From Bacillota bacterium (lineage in GTDB: Bacteria > Bacillota > Limnochordia > DTU087): DNA of 64,000 nucleotides. The position numbers and the translations under genes were made by a program. Positions 48,893 to 61,058 of the stretch are shown piece by piece. Numbering within the stretch: the stretch's first letter is position 1; every line of letters starts with the position of its first letter. The stretch covers positions 5,294-69,293 of the forward strand of contig JAAYQZ010000040.1 of NCBI GenBank assembly GCA_012519025.1, in the 5' to 3' direction. Under the pieces are notes generated by a model. It was given only the letters and a program-made list of their open reading frames with translations, ran no database searches and was not told where the DNA came from.

Positions 48893-50161
48893 CTACTTAA
48901 TAAAGCCTTCATAATGCCGCATGAGCAGTTGGGCTTCGATTTGTTTCATGGTGTCTAGAGCCACACCAACCATGATTAGAAGTCCGGTACCACCAAAATA
49001 TAGGATACTGCTGGGCATCCTGGTTACTGTGGCCATAATATACGGTAAGACCGCAATTACAGCCAAAAACACAGCACCAGCCAGGGTAATCCTGGTTAAG
49101 ACACGATCCAAATATTGTGCAGTAGGCCGCCCGGGTCTGAGCCCCGGAATAAATCCGCCGTGTTTTCTCATGTTATCCGACACTTCCATGGGGTTGAAGG
49201 TAACCGCCGTGTAGAAGTACGTAAAGAACATGACCAATAGCACATAAAGCAGGTTATACCCAATAGAGCCGTAACCCAGAAATCGGTTGATGCCTGCAAT
49301 CCCCGGGATAAACTGTGCTAGTGTCAAAGGAAAACTGAGTACAGAAGATGCAAAGATAACTGGAATAACTCCTGCTTGGTTAACCTGCATCGGTATGTGG
49401 CTTGTTTGTCCCCCGTACATGCGCCGACCAACTACACGCTTCGCGTATTGGACCGGGATGCGCCGCTGTCCCTGCTGCACCATGATGATGCCGGCTACAA
49501 CGACTACAGATAAGGCAACAAATGCCACCAAACTAAAGATGCTGATTCCGCCGGCTCCAACAGCACGTACTGCACTCCACCCTTGACCGGGAAGCCTGGC
49601 GACAATACCGGTGAAAATCAAGAGAGAGATACCGTTGCCGATTCCGTTCTCTGTCATCTTTTCACCAAGCCACATTAAAAAGGCACTTCCCGCAGTCAAA
49701 GTAGTTACAATCAAAACAGTGTTAAATACACCGGGATCGCTAACTACACCATATCCCTTTGCTGTGGCAGTAATGGCAAAGCCTTGCACCACAGCTAAAA
49801 GAACTGTTCCATATCTAGTATATTGCTGAAGTCGCTGGCGCCCATCCACACTTTCTTTGGACATCTCTTCCCAAGCAGGGATTACAATGGTCAAAAGCTG
49901 GACTATAATGGACGCTGTAATATAAGGGTTGACTCCCATAGCAAACACTGAAAAACGTGTTAGGGCTCCCCCGGCGAACAGATCCAAAAATCCGAAAATG
50001 TTGCCGCCAGTGGTACCCAACTGCTGGGCTAAAAGTTCTGCGTCGACCCCTGGCACAGGTACATAAGAACCTAACCGAAATACAACCAATAAGGCCGCCG
50101 TGTACAAAAGTCTGCGGCGCAGATCAGGGATCCGGAAGGCATTGCGCACTGCCTGCAGCAA
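48893..50161 (-). CDS. secY: Preprotein translocase SecY
   Basis: [41 protein letters not shown]. Confidence 0.99.
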   Translation of the reverse strand: MLQAVRNAFRIPDLRRRLLYTAALLVVFRLGSYVPVPGVDAELLAQQLGTTGGNIFGFLDLFAGGALTRFSVFAMGVNPYITASIIVQLLTIVIPAWEEMSKESVDGRQRLQQYTRYGTVLLAVVQGFAITATAKGYGVVSDPGVFNTVLIVTTLTAGSAFLMWLGEKMTENGIGNGISLLIFTGIVARLPGQGWSAVRAVGAGGISIFSLVAFVALSVVVVAGIIMVQQGQRRIPVQYAKRVVGRRMYGGQTSHIPMQVNQAGVIPVIFASSVLSFPLTLAQFIPGIAGINRFLGYGSIGYNLLYVLLVMFFTYFYTAVTFNPMEVSDNMRKHGGFIPGLRPGRPTAQYLDRVLTRITLAGAVFLAVIAVLPYIMATVTRMPSSILYFGGTGLLIMVGVALDTMKQIEAQLLMRHYEGFIK

Positions 50162-50605
50162 CTAGATCACCTCTACTTTGCCGCCGGCGGCTTCTATCTT
50201 GGCAGCGGCAGATTTTGTAAATCCATGGGCCTTGACCGTCAACGCCTTTTCTAGATCTCCATTACCTAAAACCTTAACTCCGTTCTGGGCAAGTTTTCGC
50301 ACAAGCCCTTGCTCAACCATCATTTCCGGAGTGACTACACTACCCGCTTCAAAGCAATTCAGATCCTCCAACTTAACTTCGCTGTAGTTTTTAGCAAAGA
50401 TGTTGGTAAACCCTCGCTTAGGCAGCCGGCGTATCAAAGGGGTTTGACCGCCCTCGAAGTGGGGGCCTTTGCCACCGCCGGAGCGTGATTTTTGTCCCTT
50501 ATGACCTCGTCCCGAGGTCTTGCCGAGACCTGAGCCAATCCCACGACCTGCTCTTCTTCTCGTTTTCCGGGATCCCGGTGCGGGACTCAACTCATGCAGT
50601 TTCAT
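50162..50605 (-). CDS. rplO: 50S ribosomal protein L15
   Basis: [24 protein letters not shown]. Confidence 0.98.
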   Translation of the reverse strand: MKLHELSPAPGSRKTRRRAGRGIGSGLGKTSGRGHKGQKSRSGGGKGPHFEGGQTPLIRRLPKRGFTNIFAKNYSEVKLEDLNCFEAGSVVTPEMMVEQGLVRKLAQNGVKVLGNGDLEKALTVKAHGFTKSAAAKIEAAGGKVEVI

Positions 50606-50625
50606 ATTTGGGCACCTCCCCCACA

Positions 50626-50814
50626 CTACTCAATTTCCGTAACTTCCACAAGATGCTTTACCTTAAAGATCATACCTCGGATTACTGGGTTGTCATCGTG
50701 AATCACCTGGCTGTTTAGCTTCCGGAAGCCCAAAGCTCGAATTGTGGCTTTCTGATCTTTGGGGCTGCCGATGGCACTGCGTTTCCAGGTAATTTTCAAT
50801 CTTTTAGCACCCAT
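50626..50814 (-). CDS. rpmD: 50S ribosomal protein L30
   Basis: [11 protein letters not shown]...[12 protein letters not shown]. Confidence 0.96.
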   Translation of the reverse strand: MGAKRLKITWKRSAIGSPKDQKATIRALGFRKLNSQVIHDDNPVIRGMIFKVKHLVEVTEIE

Positions 50815-50839
50815 GTCCTGCCCCCCTCTGTCCAACCTG

Positions 50840-51358
50840 CTAGGCCAAAATTTCCTCTGGAGACTTACCCCGGATCCGGGCAACTTCTTCGACTGTTTTC
50901 ATCGATTGTAAGCCTTTCACAGTTGCCGCCACCACGTTAATGGGATTTGAGGAACCCAATGATTTCGTTAAAACGTCCCTGTAGCCGGCAGCTTCCATGA
51001 CGGCACGTACCGGTCCCCCGGCGATCACTCCTGTACCTTCGGCCGCAGGTTTTAAGAAAACCCGGGCGCCACTGAACTTAGTGGTAAGTTCGTGGGGAAT
51101 GGTTGTGCCAACCATCGGGACAGAGATAATGTTTTTCTTTGCTTCATCTACGCCTTTGCGGATAGCACCCGCTACATCCTTGGCTTTACCTAGGCCTGAC
51201 CCCACATGACCATTGCCATCGCCTACAACGACTAAGGCACTGAAACTGCGGGTACGGCCGCCTTTGACTACTTTGGAAACAGGATTAATGCTGACGACAC
51301 GCTCTTCTAGGTCGCCCAAACTGTTTGGATCGATCATCCGCCGTCGATTTAATACCAC
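50840..51358 (-). CDS. rpsE: 30S ribosomal protein S5
   Basis: [20 protein letters not shown]; start uncertain by a few codons. Confidence 0.97.
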   Translation of the reverse strand: MVLNRRRMIDPNSLGDLEERVVSINPVSKVVKGGRTRSFSALVVVGDGNGHVGSGLGKAKDVAGAIRKGVDEAKKNIISVPMVGTTIPHELTTKFSGARVFLKPAAEGTGVIAGGPVRAVMEAAGYRDVLTKSLGSSNPINVVAATVKGLQSMKTVEEVARIRGKSPEEILA

Positions 51359-51376
51359 TGTCACACCCCCTGTCTG

Positions 51377-51742
51377 TTAAAAGTCCAGCCCAGCTTCGCG
51401 GGCTCCTTCAGCTAAAGCTTTGATTCTTCCGGCGTATTGGTTTCCGCCTCGATCAAATGTCACTTGCTTGACACCGTTTTCCAACGCTCTTTTTCCGACC
51501 AATTCTCCTACTGCCTTGGCCGCCTCTTGGTTTGCCGTGTGTTCCAACCGATCCTTAAGTTCCGGATCGAGTGTGGAAGCGGCGGCTAATGTCCGACCGG
51601 CAGTATCATCAATCACTTGAGCGTATATATGATTTAAGCTGCGGTAGACGTTGAGGCGGGGCCGCTCGGGTGTGCCCACAACCCGGTTGCGCAATCGCAT
51701 ATGGCGTTTGCGTCGGGCGGCTTTGCGTTCAACTCTTGGCAT
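51377..51742 (-). CDS. rplR: 50S ribosomal protein L18
   Basis: [20 protein letters not shown]. Confidence 0.98.
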   Translation of the reverse strand: MPRVERKAARRKRHMRLRNRVVGTPERPRLNVYRSLNHIYAQVIDDTAGRTLAAASTLDPELKDRLEHTANQEAAKAVGELVGKRALENGVKQVTFDRGGNQYAGRIKALAEGAREAGLDF

Positions 51743-51758
51743 ATACCTTCACCTCTTT

Positions 51759-52298
51759 TTAGACTCTGCCTGCTTTGCCCGCCTTGCGTATAATCTGCTC
51801 TCCGGCATACCGGATACCTTTGCCTAGGTATGGCTCCGGCGGCCGTACGGCTCTGATTTTGGCTGCGGTCTCACCCACCAACTGCTTGTCGATACCGCTG
51901 ACGGAAATCCGAGTGGGTGACGGTACTTCAAACTGTATTCCCTCTTCAGGGTCAATCTCAACTAAATGAGAGAAACCCATATTCAACACTAGTTTATTGC
52001 CCTGCATCTGGGCTCTGTAGCCCACACCTGTTATTTCCAGATCCCTTTTGTAGCCTTTGACAACGCCTTCGATCATGTTGTTCAAAAGGCTGCGGGTCAG
52101 GCCGTGCAGCGACTTGTAGAATTTCTTTTCATTTGGTCGCTCAACCAGCAGGGTATTGTCTTCTAGGGCAATGATCATATCCGGATGAAATTGCTGCGTT
52201 AAAGCGCCTTTCGGTCCCCGGACTGTCACGGTTTGGCCGTTGATTTCCACTTCTACACCAGATGGAATTTCCACCGGCATTCTGCCGATCCTGGACAC
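51759..52298 (-). CDS. rplF: 50S ribosomal protein L6
   Basis: [23 protein letters not shown]. Confidence 0.98.
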   Translation of the reverse strand: MSRIGRMPVEIPSGVEVEINGQTVTVRGPKGALTQQFHPDMIIALEDNTLLVERPNEKKFYKSLHGLTRSLLNNMIEGVVKGYKRDLEITGVGYRAQMQGNKLVLNMGFSHLVEIDPEEGIQFEVPSPTRISVSGIDKQLVGETAAKIRAVRPPEPYLGKGIRYAGEQIIRKAGKAGRV

Positions 52299-52335
52299 GA
52301 TTGCCCCTCCTCTCTCCTATTTGGAACAAATGTCA

Positions 52336-52734
52336 TTACCATACATAGCACAGTACTTCGCCGCCGACACGGGCCTGGCGGGCCTGTTTGTCTGTCATCA
52401 CCCCGTGGGAGGTAGACAGTACTGCTATACCCAAACCACCCAATACTCGAGGTATCTCGTCTCTTTTGGCGTACACCCTCAATCCGGGCTTACTGATGCG
52501 CTTGATGCCGGAGATAGTCAGCTGCTTGTTGGCTCCGTATCTGAGATAAACTCGCAAAAAGCCGTGTTTACCGTCATCAATCACTTTATAATCCCGAACA
52601 TATCCTTCATCTTTAAGGATCCGCGCCACTTCAACTTTTAGTTTAGAGACGGGGATATCCACACTATCATGCTTGGCGCTGTTAGCATTGCGAATGCGAG
52701 TCAGCATATCCGCAATTGGGTCTGTCATTACCAT
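52336..52734 (-). CDS. rpsH: 30S ribosomal protein S8
   Basis: [30 protein letters not shown]. Confidence 0.98.
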   Translation of the reverse strand: MVMTDPIADMLTRIRNANSAKHDSVDIPVSKLKVEVARILKDEGYVRDYKVIDDGKHGFLRVYLRYGANKQLTISGIKRISKPGLRVYAKRDEIPRVLGGLGIAVLSTSHGVMTDKQARQARVGGEVLCYVW

Positions 52735-52761
52735 TGGGCAACCCCCTTCCTCATGACTTCC

Positions 52762-52947
52762 TTACCAGCTGGCCTTAGTAATCCCGGGCAACTCGCCTCG
52801 AGAGGCCAATTCCCGAAAACAAATCCGGCATAACTGGAATTTACGCATATAGCCTCGAGGGCGTCCGCAGACGCGGCAGCGATTAACCCGACGTGTGGAG
52901 AACTTGGGAGTCCTCTTGGCCCGGACAACCATTGCTTTTCTTGCCAC
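52762..52947 (-). CDS. rpsN: 30S ribosomal protein S14 type Z
   Basis: 61 aa with CRVC...CRIC Zn finger and KASW terminus. Confidence 0.97.
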   Translation of the reverse strand: MARKAMVVRAKRTPKFSTRRVNRCRVCGRPRGYMRKFQLCRICFRELASRGELPGITKASW

Positions 52948-52999
52948 ACTATCACTCCTTCACAAATTATACCTGACTTTTCCTGGGATATCTGCACTG

Positions 53000-53542
53000 C
53001 TACTGCTCCCTGAAAGGCATTCCCAGGCTTCTTAACATTTCCAAGCCTTCTTCATCTGTTTCTGCAGTAGTTCTAATTACGATATTCATGCCCTGGACCC
53101 GTTCCACGTCATCATAACTGATTTCCGGGAAAATGATCTGCTCACGAATTCCAAGGGTATAATTGCCTCTTCCGTCAAAGGATCGGGGAGAAAGGCCTCG
53201 AAAGTCTCTCACTCTTGGCAAAGTAGCATTGATCAGCTTATCTAGGAAATCGTACATCCGATCTCCCCTGAGGGTCACCATACAACCCACCGGCATGCCT
53301 TCCCGCACCTTAAACGCTGCTACAGACTTTTTAGCCCGAGTAATTATAGGTTTTTGCCCTGTAATCAAGGACAAGTCTTTTACCGCAGCATCCATAGCCT
53401 TCGCATCGTCAACTGCCGCTCCAACTCCCATGTTGACGGTAATCTTATCGACTTTAGGCACCATCATTATATTTTTGTAATTGAACTTTTCCATTAAGGC
53501 AGGAACAGCTTCGTTTCTATATTTTTCTTTCAGCCGTGACAT
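53000..53542 (-). CDS. rplE: 50S ribosomal protein L5
   Basis: [21 protein letters not shown]. Confidence 0.98.
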   Translation of the reverse strand: MSRLKEKYRNEAVPALMEKFNYKNIMMVPKVDKITVNMGVGAAVDDAKAMDAAVKDLSLITGQKPIITRAKKSVAAFKVREGMPVGCMVTLRGDRMYDFLDKLINATLPRVRDFRGLSPRSFDGRGNYTLGIREQIIFPEISYDDVERVQGMNIVIRTTAETDEEGLEMLRSLGMPFREQ

Positions 53543-53565
53543 CATGCTGCCCTCCTTCCACACCG

Positions 53566-53889
53566 TTAATCTATGGGACGACCACAGTTTTCATTTTTAC
53601 ATATCCTTACAAGCCCATTGGGACCCCTTTGCCTGCTTACCCGTGTGCGCTTCTCACAGTGTGGGCATATCAGCATCACATTAGAGGCATCCATGGGAGC
53701 AGGGCTATCGATAATGCCGCCTTGGGTATTTGTTTGAGTAGGGCGGGTGTGTTTTTTCACCATATTAAGGCCATCGACAATTACGCGATTTTCCTTGGGT
53801 AGAACCCGCAAAATGCGCCCGGATTTGCCTTTCTCTTCGCCCCTAAGGACATAAACCCGGTCACCTCTTTTAACGTGTACCTTGGCCAC
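53566..53889 (-). CDS. rplX: 50S ribosomal protein L24
   Basis: KRGDRV..LRG.EKGK, GGII, ASNVM. Confidence 0.97.
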   Translation of the reverse strand: MAKVHVKRGDRVYVLRGEEKGKSGRILRVLPKENRVIVDGLNMVKKHTRPTQTNTQGGIIDSPAPMDASNVMLICPHCEKRTRVSRQRGPNGLVRICKNENCGRPID

Positions 53890-53915
53890 TGGCTCCAACC
53901 TCCTTCCCATGGTAA

Positions 53916-54284
53916 CTAAAGCACTTCCGGTGCAAGAGATACAATTCTCATAAAGTTCGCGTCACGCAATTCCCGGGCAACGGGCCCGAAGATGCGCGTG
54001 CCACGGGGATTATTTTGGTTATCTATAATGACCGCCGCATTCTCATCAAAGCGAATATAAGTTCCGTCATTGCGACCGGTTGCTTGTTTTGTGCGAACAA
54101 TTACTGCGGTTACAATTTCGCCTTTCTTGACCACGCCACCGGGCGTTGCTTCTTTGACAGTTGCCACTATGACGTCGCCTATGCGAGCATACCTCCGCCC
54201 GGTGCCTCCGGGGACCCTAATGCACTGTATCTCTCTAGCTCCTGAATTGTCGGCTACTTTTACCAGCGATTCTTGTTGAATCAC
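53916..54284 (-). CDS. rplN: 50S ribosomal protein L14
   Basis: [27 protein letters not shown]. Confidence 0.98.
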   Translation of the reverse strand: MIQQESLVKVADNSGAREIQCIRVPGGTGRRYARIGDVIVATVKEATPGGVVKKGEIVTAVIVRTKQATGRNDGTYIRFDENAAVIIDNQNNPRGTRIFGPVARELRDANFMRIVSLAPEVL

Positions 54285-54347
54285 GACCCGTACCTCCTTC
54301 CACCACAACTCAATAACGATTCTCCCGTTTTAAGGGGAGGATGGCTA

Positions 54348-54605
54348 TTACCTAGCCTTTTCTAAGATCTCGACTAGACGCCACCGTTTGTCTTTGGAAA
54401 GCGGCCTAGTTTCCATGATTCGCACCCGATCGCCAACTTTGGCACTGCTGTGTTCGTCATGGGCCTTAAATTTGCTGGTGCGCTTAATATATTTCCCGTA
54501 GAGCGAATGCTTAACACGGCGCTCTACTTCCACTACAACAGTTTTGTTCATTTTGTCGGAGACTACTGTCCCCACGCGGCTCTTGCGCGCGTTGCGCTCA
54601 ACCAC
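54348..54605 (-). CDS. rpsQ: 30S ribosomal protein S17
   Basis: [20 protein letters not shown]. Confidence 0.98.
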   Translation of the reverse strand: MVERNARKSRVGTVVSDKMNKTVVVEVERRVKHSLYGKYIKRTSKFKAHDEHSSAKVGDRVRIMETRPLSKDKRWRLVEILEKAR

Positions 54606-54635
54606 GTTCACACCCCCTTCGCCATAGGGATATTG

Positions 54636-54836
54636 TTATCGGGCTATACCTAGCTCCCGTTCTCTAATAATGGTTTTCACCCGGGCAATGTCGCGGCGCA
54701 CACTTCGCACCCGCATGGGATTATCAAGTTGGGCTGTAACCATTTGGAATCGCAAATTAAACAGTTCTTCTTTAAGATCGTCTAAAGTCTTCTCCAGTTC
54801 CTCTGTTGTCATTGCTCTGATTTCCTCAGCCTTCAT
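54636..54836 (-). CDS. rpmC: 50S ribosomal protein L29
   Basis: [20 protein letters not shown]. Confidence 0.97.
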   Translation of the reverse strand: MKAEEIRAMTTEELEKTLDDLKEELFNLRFQMVTAQLDNPMRVRSVRRDIARVKTIIRERELGIAR

Positions 54837-55260
54837 GCGCCTCACCACCTGCCTGTTCACGCGTGATGAACTTCGTTTTAAGGGGCAGCTTATGGGCCGC
54901 CAGCCGCATGGCCTCCTGGGCCATTTCTTCCGAAACGCCGGCGATTTCAAACATGATTCGTCCCGGCTTCACCACTGCCACCCAGTGATCCGGAGCCCCT
55001 TTACCTTTACCCATGCGAGTTTCGGCGGGCCGGGCAGTCACTGGTTTATCTGGGAAGATTTTCACCCAGACTTTCCCACCTCGGCGAATATACCGGGTCA
55101 TGGCGATTCGTGCAGATTCAATCTGTGCACTGGTAATCCAACCAGGTTCCATGGCCTGTAACCCGTAATCTCCGAAGGTGACAGTGGATCCCCTGTGTGC
55201 GAAACCTCTCATTCGCCCACGCTGCTGTTTGCGATACTTAACTCTTCTGGGGATCAGCAT
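54826..55260 (-). CDS. rplP: 50S ribosomal protein L16
   Basis: [25 protein letters not shown]. Confidence 0.98.
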   Translation of the reverse strand: MLIPRRVKYRKQQRGRMRGFAHRGSTVTFGDYGLQAMEPGWITSAQIESARIAMTRYIRRGGKVWVKIFPDKPVTARPAETRMGKGKGAPDHWVAVVKPGRIMFEIAGVSEEMAQEAMRLAAHKLPLKTKFITREQAGGEAHEG

Positions 55261-55262
55261 TC

Positions 55263-55922
55263 TTATTCCCCTCCCTTTACCGTCTTCTCCTTATCAGGGA
55301 GGACCTCTCCCTTGTAAATCCAAACCTTGACACCAATACGGCCGTAGGTTGTAGCAGCTTCCGTGAAACCATAGTCAATGTCGGCTCTTAGGGTGTGCAG
55401 GGGAATACTACCTTCCGGTGTCCATTCCATCCTGGCGATCTCCGCCCCACCGAGGCGCCCGGATACCGCAATTTTGATACCTTCGGCTCCAAAACGCATG
55501 GCTCGCTGCTGGGCCTGCCGCATGGCTCTTCTAAAAGACACTCGGCGCTCCAGTTGAAATGCAATGTTTTCCGCTACCAGCTGTGCGTCTATTTCAGGAA
55601 CTTTGACTTCCACAATATTTATTTGACACTGTCTGCCGGTTTCTGCTTCAATCTCTTTACGCAAGCTGTCTACTTCTGCACCGCCTCGCCCGATGACCAT
55701 ACCGGGCCGGGCTGTGTGCACCGTAATCTTTAGGCGGTTTGCAGCTCGTTCAATTTCCACGCTGGATATGCCGGCTGTGTAAAACCGTTCCTTAATCTTT
55801 TCTCTTAGGGCCAGATCCTCGTGGAGAAACTCAGCGTAATTTCGGTTGTCAGCATACCATCTACTCTCCCAGTCGCGAATTATGCCAACCCGCAGACTGA
55901 TAGGGTTTATCTTTTGCCCCAC
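55263..55922 (-). CDS. rpsC: 30S ribosomal protein S3
   Basis: [34 protein letters not shown]. Confidence 0.98.
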   Translation of the reverse strand: MGQKINPISLRVGIIRDWESRWYADNRNYAEFLHEDLALREKIKERFYTAGISSVEIERAANRLKITVHTARPGMVIGRGGAEVDSLRKEIEAETGRQCQINIVEVKVPEIDAQLVAENIAFQLERRVSFRRAMRQAQQRAMRFGAEGIKIAVSGRLGGAEIARMEWTPEGSIPLHTLRADIDYGFTEAATTYGRIGVKVWIYKGEVLPDKEKTVKGGE

Positions 55923-55926
55923 GCAT

Positions 55927-56265
55927 CTATGCCTCCTTTTCCGCCACGACCACAGTGATATGACTGATCCGCTTGCGAATCCTGTATGCCATTCCACGGG
56001 CTCGAGGCCTAATTCTTTTCATCGTCGGGCCTTCATCTACATAGGCCCTGCGCACGTATAAGCTTTCTCCATCCATATCGTAATTGTTTTCAGCATTAGC
56101 TATAGCCGAAAGTAATGCCTTTTCTATTACGCCGGAAGCAGCTTTTGGGGTATGGCGCAGTATGACCATCGCTTCCCCCACATCTTTGCCCCGGATGAGG
56201 TCGATTACTTGTCGGGCCTTACGGGGCGACATTCGTACATGACGTGCTACTGCCTTGGCTTCCAT
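55927..56265 (-). CDS. rplV: 50S ribosomal protein L22
   Basis: [25 protein letters not shown]. Confidence 0.98.
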   Translation of the reverse strand: MEAKAVARHVRMSPRKARQVIDLIRGKDVGEAMVILRHTPKAASGVIEKALLSAIANAENNYDMDGESLYVRRAYVDEGPTMKRIRPRARGMAYRIRKRISHITVVVAEKEA

Positions 56266-56300
56266 CTTCTTTACCCCCTAAACCGGTCACACATCACCGG

Positions 56301-56591
56301 CTACAGCACTCTTGATGTTCGCTCAGTTGCCGCGCTCCGGGAATGATTCCGAAACAACCGGGTGGGAGCGAACTCGCCTAGTTTGTGACCCACCATATCC
56401 TCTGAAATATAGACCGGAACGTGTCTGCGCCCGTCATGGACTGCAATCGTATGACCTACTAGCTCTGGAAATATTGTCGAGCGTCTGGACCAGGTCCGGA
56501 TCACTCGCTTTTCGCCCTTTTCGTTCATCTCTTTAACCTTCTTAAGCAGATGATCGTCGATAAAAGGACCCTTTTTTAGAGATCTAGCCAT
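56301..56591 (-). CDS. rpsS: 30S ribosomal protein S19
   Basis: [25 protein letters not shown]. Confidence 0.98.
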   Translation of the reverse strand: MARSLKKGPFIDDHLLKKVKEMNEKGEKRVIRTWSRRSTIFPELVGHTIAVHDGRRHVPVYISEDMVGHKLGEFAPTRLFRNHSRSAATERTSRVL

Positions 56592-56670
56592 TTATTCAAG
56601 CCTCCCTTCCCGTCAAGGCAGCCGGCCCGTTTGACCGGCCTATTACCCTTTCTGGGACCTAAATCTCATC

Positions 56671-57498
56671 TTACCGCTTCCGTCTCCGCACAATGTATCG
56701 ATCCGAAAGCTTTCTCTTGCGAGTTTTTGCCCCTAAGGTAGGCTTACCCCAGGGTGTAAGCGGTGTCGGCATACCGATAGGAGCCAAGCCCTCACCACCA
56801 CCGTGGGGGTGATCAGTAGCATTCATGGCAATACCTCGGGTTTGCGGACGAACGCCCAACCAGCGCTTCCGTCCGGCCTTGCCGATAGTAATATTCTCGT
56901 GATTGACATTCCCTACCTGACCAATAGTGGCTCGACATGCAAGCAGTACCATGCGGAATTCCCCGGATGGCAGCCGCAGGGTGGCGTATTTACCTTCTTT
57001 AGCCATAACCTGTGCCGACGCACCGGCTGATCGAACCATTTGCCCGCCTTTGCCGGGGTGCAGTTCAATATTGTGCACCATAGTACCGGTGGGGATGTCT
57101 TGCAGCCTTAAAGCATTTCCAGGCTTGATATCTGCCTCAGGACCGGACATGACTGTATCACCGGGCTGCAGGCCAACAGGAGCTAGAATGTAGCGTTTCT
57201 CACCATCGGCATAATGCAGCAGTGCAATGCGAGCAGAACGATTGGGATCATATTCAATACCGGCCACTTTTGCCGGAATCCCATCTTTATCACGGCGAAA
57301 GTCAATGATACGATATCTGCGCTTATGCCCACCGCCGCGATGGCGGGAGGTTTTTCGACCGCGATTGTTGCGCCCTCCGGTTCCAGACAGGGGAGCCAGC
57401 AGCGACTTCTCCGGCTCGGTTTTGGTGATTTCGTCAAAACTGTATCCTGTCATACTGCGACGGCCCGGTGAAGTCGGTTTAAACTTCTTAATCGCCAC
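56671..57498 (-). CDS. rplB: 50S ribosomal protein L2
   Basis: [26 protein letters not shown]. Confidence 0.98.
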   Translation of the reverse strand: MAIKKFKPTSPGRRSMTGYSFDEITKTEPEKSLLAPLSGTGGRNNRGRKTSRHRGGGHKRRYRIIDFRRDKDGIPAKVAGIEYDPNRSARIALLHYADGEKRYILAPVGLQPGDTVMSGPEADIKPGNALRLQDIPTGTMVHNIELHPGKGGQMVRSAGASAQVMAKEGKYATLRLPSGEFRMVLLACRATIGQVGNVNHENITIGKAGRKRWLGVRPQTRGIAMNATDHPHGGGEGLAPIGMPTPLTPWGKPTLGAKTRKRKLSDRYIVRRRKR

Positions 57499-57551
57499 TT
57501 GTTTTCCCCTCCTCATTTACATACTTCCCTTTAAATAGAGAGTTCATTGTG

Positions 57552-57839
57552 TTAGATTCCTTCAAAAAGTTCTATGGTATCGCCGTCGCGCAGGGTGACG
57601 ATGGCCTTTTTCCAATCGGGACGCCGACCTTCATGTTGGCCCATGCGTCTGACCTTGCCCCGCACACGCATAGTGTTAACCTTCTCAACTTTGACGTCGA
57701 AAATCTGTTCAACGGCTTCTCGAATTTGCGGTTTCGTAGCTTTCAAATCTACTGCAAAAGTATATTTGTTATCTTCCATTAAAGCCATGGTCTTTTCACT
57801 GACGACTGGCCGACGGATGATGCTGCGCAAATCTCCCAC
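57552..57839 (-). CDS. rplW: 50S ribosomal protein L23
   Basis: PVVSEK, VKVEKVNT, WKKAIVTL. Confidence 0.98.
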   Translation of the reverse strand: MGDLRSIIRRPVVSEKTMALMEDNKYTFAVDLKATKPQIREAVEQIFDVKVEKVNTMRVRGKVRRMGQHEGRRPDWKKAIVTLRDGDTIELFEGI

Positions 57840-58462
57840 TATGACAGCACCTCCTCGATGGACTCAATAGCCTTTTTGGTCAAAACCAAGTTATCGCAGT
57901 GCAGCACCTGATAAACGTTGAGATCTTGGGCGCGGGCCGTGTTTACTCCGGCAATGTTCCGTGCAGATAAATATACATTGCGCCCTCCATCAGCAGTAAC
58001 AACCAAAGATTTACCTGCTGCTTTGAGGTTATTTAGAATATTGACCATCTGCTTGGTTTTCGGTTCATTTAGCTGCAGATCGTCAAGGACAATCAAATTC
58101 CCAGAAGCAACTTTTGCTGATAAAGCCGATCTTAACGCCTGCCTGCGAGCCTTTTTGGGCATAGACTTTCTGTAGCTCCGCGGCGTTGGCCCGAAGGTGA
58201 CGCCGCCGCCTACCCAGATGGGTGATCGGATGCTGCCGTGTCTGGCCCTTCCTGTGCCTTTTTGTCGCCAGGGCTTGCGACCACCGCCTCGAACCGCGGC
58301 CCTATTTTTGGTGGCTGCGGTACCTTGTCGCTGGTTGGCCAAAAACATTACCACCGCCTGATGCATCAGTGACTTGTTGATGGTTGCGGCAAAAATGTCT
58401 GAATTGAGCTCAAGCTCATCTATGGCCTTACCTTCTACATCATAGACAGCGACTTTTGGCAT
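57839..58462 (-). CDS. rplD: 50S ribosomal protein L4
   Basis: GGGRKPWRQKGTGRARHGS. Confidence 0.98.
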   Translation of the reverse strand: MPKVAVYDVEGKAIDELELNSDIFAATINKSLMHQAVVMFLANQRQGTAATKNRAAVRGGGRKPWRQKGTGRARHGSIRSPIWVGGGVTFGPTPRSYRKSMPKKARRQALRSALSAKVASGNLIVLDDLQLNEPKTKQMVNILNNLKAAGKSLVVTADGGRNVYLSARNIAGVNTARAQDLNVYQVLHCDNLVLTKKAIESIEEVLS

Positions 58463-58514
58463 GGGTTCTGCCCCCTTTCCACAAATTGCATTGACTTTAT
58501 TTTCATTTCACAAC

Positions 58515-59150
58515 TCAGGCCTTGACTGCTGCCTGAACTTTAACCAGACTGCCCCGAACACCAGGGACGCCGCCTCTAATCAATAGCAAGTTTCGATCGG
58601 CATCCACGCGCACCACTTCCAGGTTTTGGATAGTACGGCGCACATTACCCATTCTACCGGGGAGTTTTCTGCCTTTAAACACCCGGGACTGTCCGGCGGC
58701 ACCTGAGGATCCAACACCACGGTGAAACTGTGAACCGTGGCTTGAAGGCCCTCGACTGAAACCCCAGCGCTTTACAACACCGGCTGTTCCCTTACCCTTT
58801 GTAGTCCCTGTGACATCAACCAAATCCCCGGCTGCAAAAATATCCACACTAATGGTATCCCCGGGCTGCAAATCCTTAAATTCTTCTATACTTTCTGTGC
58901 GGAATTCCCGCAAATATCGCAAGTTCGCCACATTCGCCTTGGCCAAATGGCCCCGCTGCCCTTTAGAAAGCAGTTTCTCGCGAACTTCCCCGAATCCGAC
59001 CTGCACCGCTTCGTAACCGTCCACTTCTTGGTTCTTAACTTGAACCACTACATTGGGACTGGCTTCAATCACGGTCACGGGCACCAATTCCCCGTTTTCT
59101 GTAAAGACCTGGGTCATGCCGACCTTGCGTCCTAATAACCCCTTTGGCAT
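58515..59150 (-). CDS. rplC: 50S ribosomal protein L3
   Basis: [18 protein letters not shown]. Confidence 0.98.
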   Translation of the reverse strand: MPKGLLGRKVGMTQVFTENGELVPVTVIEASPNVVVQVKNQEVDGYEAVQVGFGEVREKLLSKGQRGHLAKANVANLRYLREFRTESIEEFKDLQPGDTISVDIFAAGDLVDVTGTTKGKGTAGVVKRWGFSRGPSSHGSQFHRGVGSSGAAGQSRVFKGRKLPGRMGNVRRTIQNLEVVRVDADRNLLLIRGGVPGVRGSLVKVQAAVKA

Positions 59151-59195
59151 CTGCTGCACCCCCTTATACCGCTTAAAACGATTTCATAGTTATTC

Positions 59196-59504
59196 TTAGA
59201 GCCTGATCTCTATATCGACTGCTGCCGGCAGATCCAAACGCATTAGAGCATCTACCGTTTTGGGTGTTGGCTCCAGAATATCGATAAGTCGCTTATGAGT
59301 CCGCATCTCGAATTGCTCTCGGGCATCTTTATGAATATGCACTGAGCGCAACACTGTATAGATATTGCGTTCGGTCGGCAGCGGAATCGGACCTGAAGTC
59401 ACTGCACCTGTTCTTTGGGCAGTATCGACGATTTTCGTTGCCGCGGCATCTAAGAGTTTGTGGTCATATGCCTTAAGGCGGATGCGTATTCGTTGTTTAG
59501 CCAC
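59196..59504 (-). CDS. rpsJ: 30S ribosomal protein S10
   Basis: [26 protein letters not shown]. Confidence 0.99.
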   Translation of the reverse strand: MAKQRIRIRLKAYDHKLLDAAATKIVDTAQRTGAVTSGPIPLPTERNIYTVLRSVHIHKDAREQFEMRTHKRLIDILEPTPKTVDALMRLDLPAAVDIEIRL

Positions 59505-59514
59505 AAGTTTCCCT

Positions 59515-59625
59515 CCTTCTACGCCTGATCTTCAGACATGCTCCGCGAAAATTCCCCGGCACCTGCTGCCTGCCGCACCTGTTTGGGCAGAGGAGGTAGG
59601 GCCAGCAACCTCTCGCTTCATCGCT
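59515..59625 (-). ncRNA. S10 operon leader (Firmicutes rpsJ leader)
   Basis: GCGAUGAAGCGAGAGGUUGCUG...UUUUCGCGGAG..UGUCU...AGGCG pattern resembling the Bacillota rpsJ leader as recalled. Confidence 0.7.
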
Positions 59626-59734
59626 CTCTCTAATTTTGCATAATCGAGGGGGATTCTGTATCCCTGAATCCCCCTATCCAGAGCAATGCAGTTAATTCTT
59701 CTTGCCCACTGTCTATGGCTGTGATCACCATTTA

Positions 59735-60934
59735 TTAGGCTAGGATTTTAGTTACAACTCCGGCTCCTACAGTGCGGCCACCCTCACGGATAGCAAAACG
59801 GAGACCTTCTTCCATAGCGATAGGGGTGATCAGTTCGCCGTTTACTCGAACGTTGTCACCAGGCATGATCATTTCAATGCCTTCCGGCAAATGCACAACA
59901 CCGGTGACGTCGGTTGTTCTAAAGTAGAACTGGGGGCGGTAGCCGGTGAAAAACGGCGTGTGACGTCCGCCTTCTTCTTTAGACAGAATATAGACTTCAC
60001 CCTCAAATTTTGTATGAGGTGTGATGCTGCCGGGCTTGGCCAAAACTTGGCCACGCTCGATATCTTCGCGATCCACGCCTCTTAGGAGCACACCAACGTT
60101 GTCTCCAGCTTGGGCCTGATCGAGCAGCTTACGGAACATTTCTACTCCTGTGGCAACGGTCTTGCGGCTGGAATCAGTGAGACCAACAATCTCCACTTCG
60201 TCTCCGACTTTAACGATACCGCGCTCAACCCTACCGGTAGCCACTGTACCACGACCGGTAATGGAAAAGACGTCTTCCACCGGCATGAGGAACGGACGGT
60301 CTACATCACGGGCAGGTGTTGGAATATATTCGTCAACAGCATCCATCAAAAGCTGCAGTTTCTCACACCACTCACATTCACCACAACCGCCGCACTCAAG
60401 CACTTTGAGTCCGGAGCCGGACAATACAGGAATCTCGTCGCCGGGGAACTCATACTCGTTAAGCAGGTCTCTAACTTCCATCTCAACCAGCTCCATGAGC
60501 TCCTCGTCATCGACCATGTCAGATTTGTTGAGCCAAACAACGATAGCCGGCACGCCTACCTGGCGGGCGAGCAAGATATGCTCTCGGGTCTGCGGCATGG
60601 GGCCGTCAGCAGCAGATACTACTAAGATAGCACCATCCATCTGTGCAGCACCGGTAATCATATTTTTCACGTAGTCCGCGTGACCTGGGCAATCCACGTG
60701 GGCATAGTGCCGCTCATCGGTCTCATACTCAACGTGGGAGGTATTAATAGTAATACCACGTTCTCTTTCTTCAGGGGCCTTATCGATCTCATCAAATTTC
60801 CGGGCCTCTGCAGTCCCTTTCTGTGAAAGCAATAGGGTAATAGCCGCGGTCGTGGTAGTCTTGCCATGGTCAACGTGACCGATGGTTCCAATATTTACGT
60901 GAGGCTTGGTCCTTTCAAACTTCTCTTTAGCCAA
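59735..60934 (-). CDS. tuf: Elongation factor Tu
   Basis: [25 protein letters not shown]. Confidence 0.99.
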   Translation of the reverse strand: MAKEKFERTKPHVNIGTIGHVDHGKTTTTAAITLLLSQKGTAEARKFDEIDKAPEERERGITINTSHVEYETDERHYAHVDCPGHADYVKNMITGAAQMDGAILVVSAADGPMPQTREHILLARQVGVPAIVVWLNKSDMVDDEELMELVEMEVRDLLNEYEFPGDEIPVLSGSGLKVLECGGCGECEWCEKLQLLMDAVDEYIPTPARDVDRPFLMPVEDVFSITGRGTVATGRVERGIVKVGDEVEIVGLTDSSRKTVATGVEMFRKLLDQAQAGDNVGVLLRGVDREDIERGQVLAKPGSITPHTKFEGEVYILSKEEGGRHTPFFTGYRPQFYFRTTDVTGVVHLPEGIEMIMPGDNVRVNGELITPIAMEEGLRFAIREGGRTVGAGVVTKILA

Positions 60935-61058
60935 TGCTCATATCCTCCTTCTCAAACAGCTTAATGAATTTAGCACACAATACTTTTTTTATCAGCTGCA
61001 GCGAAAAGTCGTTTGCGGCTCTTCGCTGCCCAGCCTTCCAAGGAATTATAGCAGAGAT

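Noticed and set aside
59647-59676. AGGGGGATTC/GAATCCCC hairpin between tuf and the S10 leader
   Set aside because: No U-tail and a single copy; most likely an ordinary stability or pause hairpin
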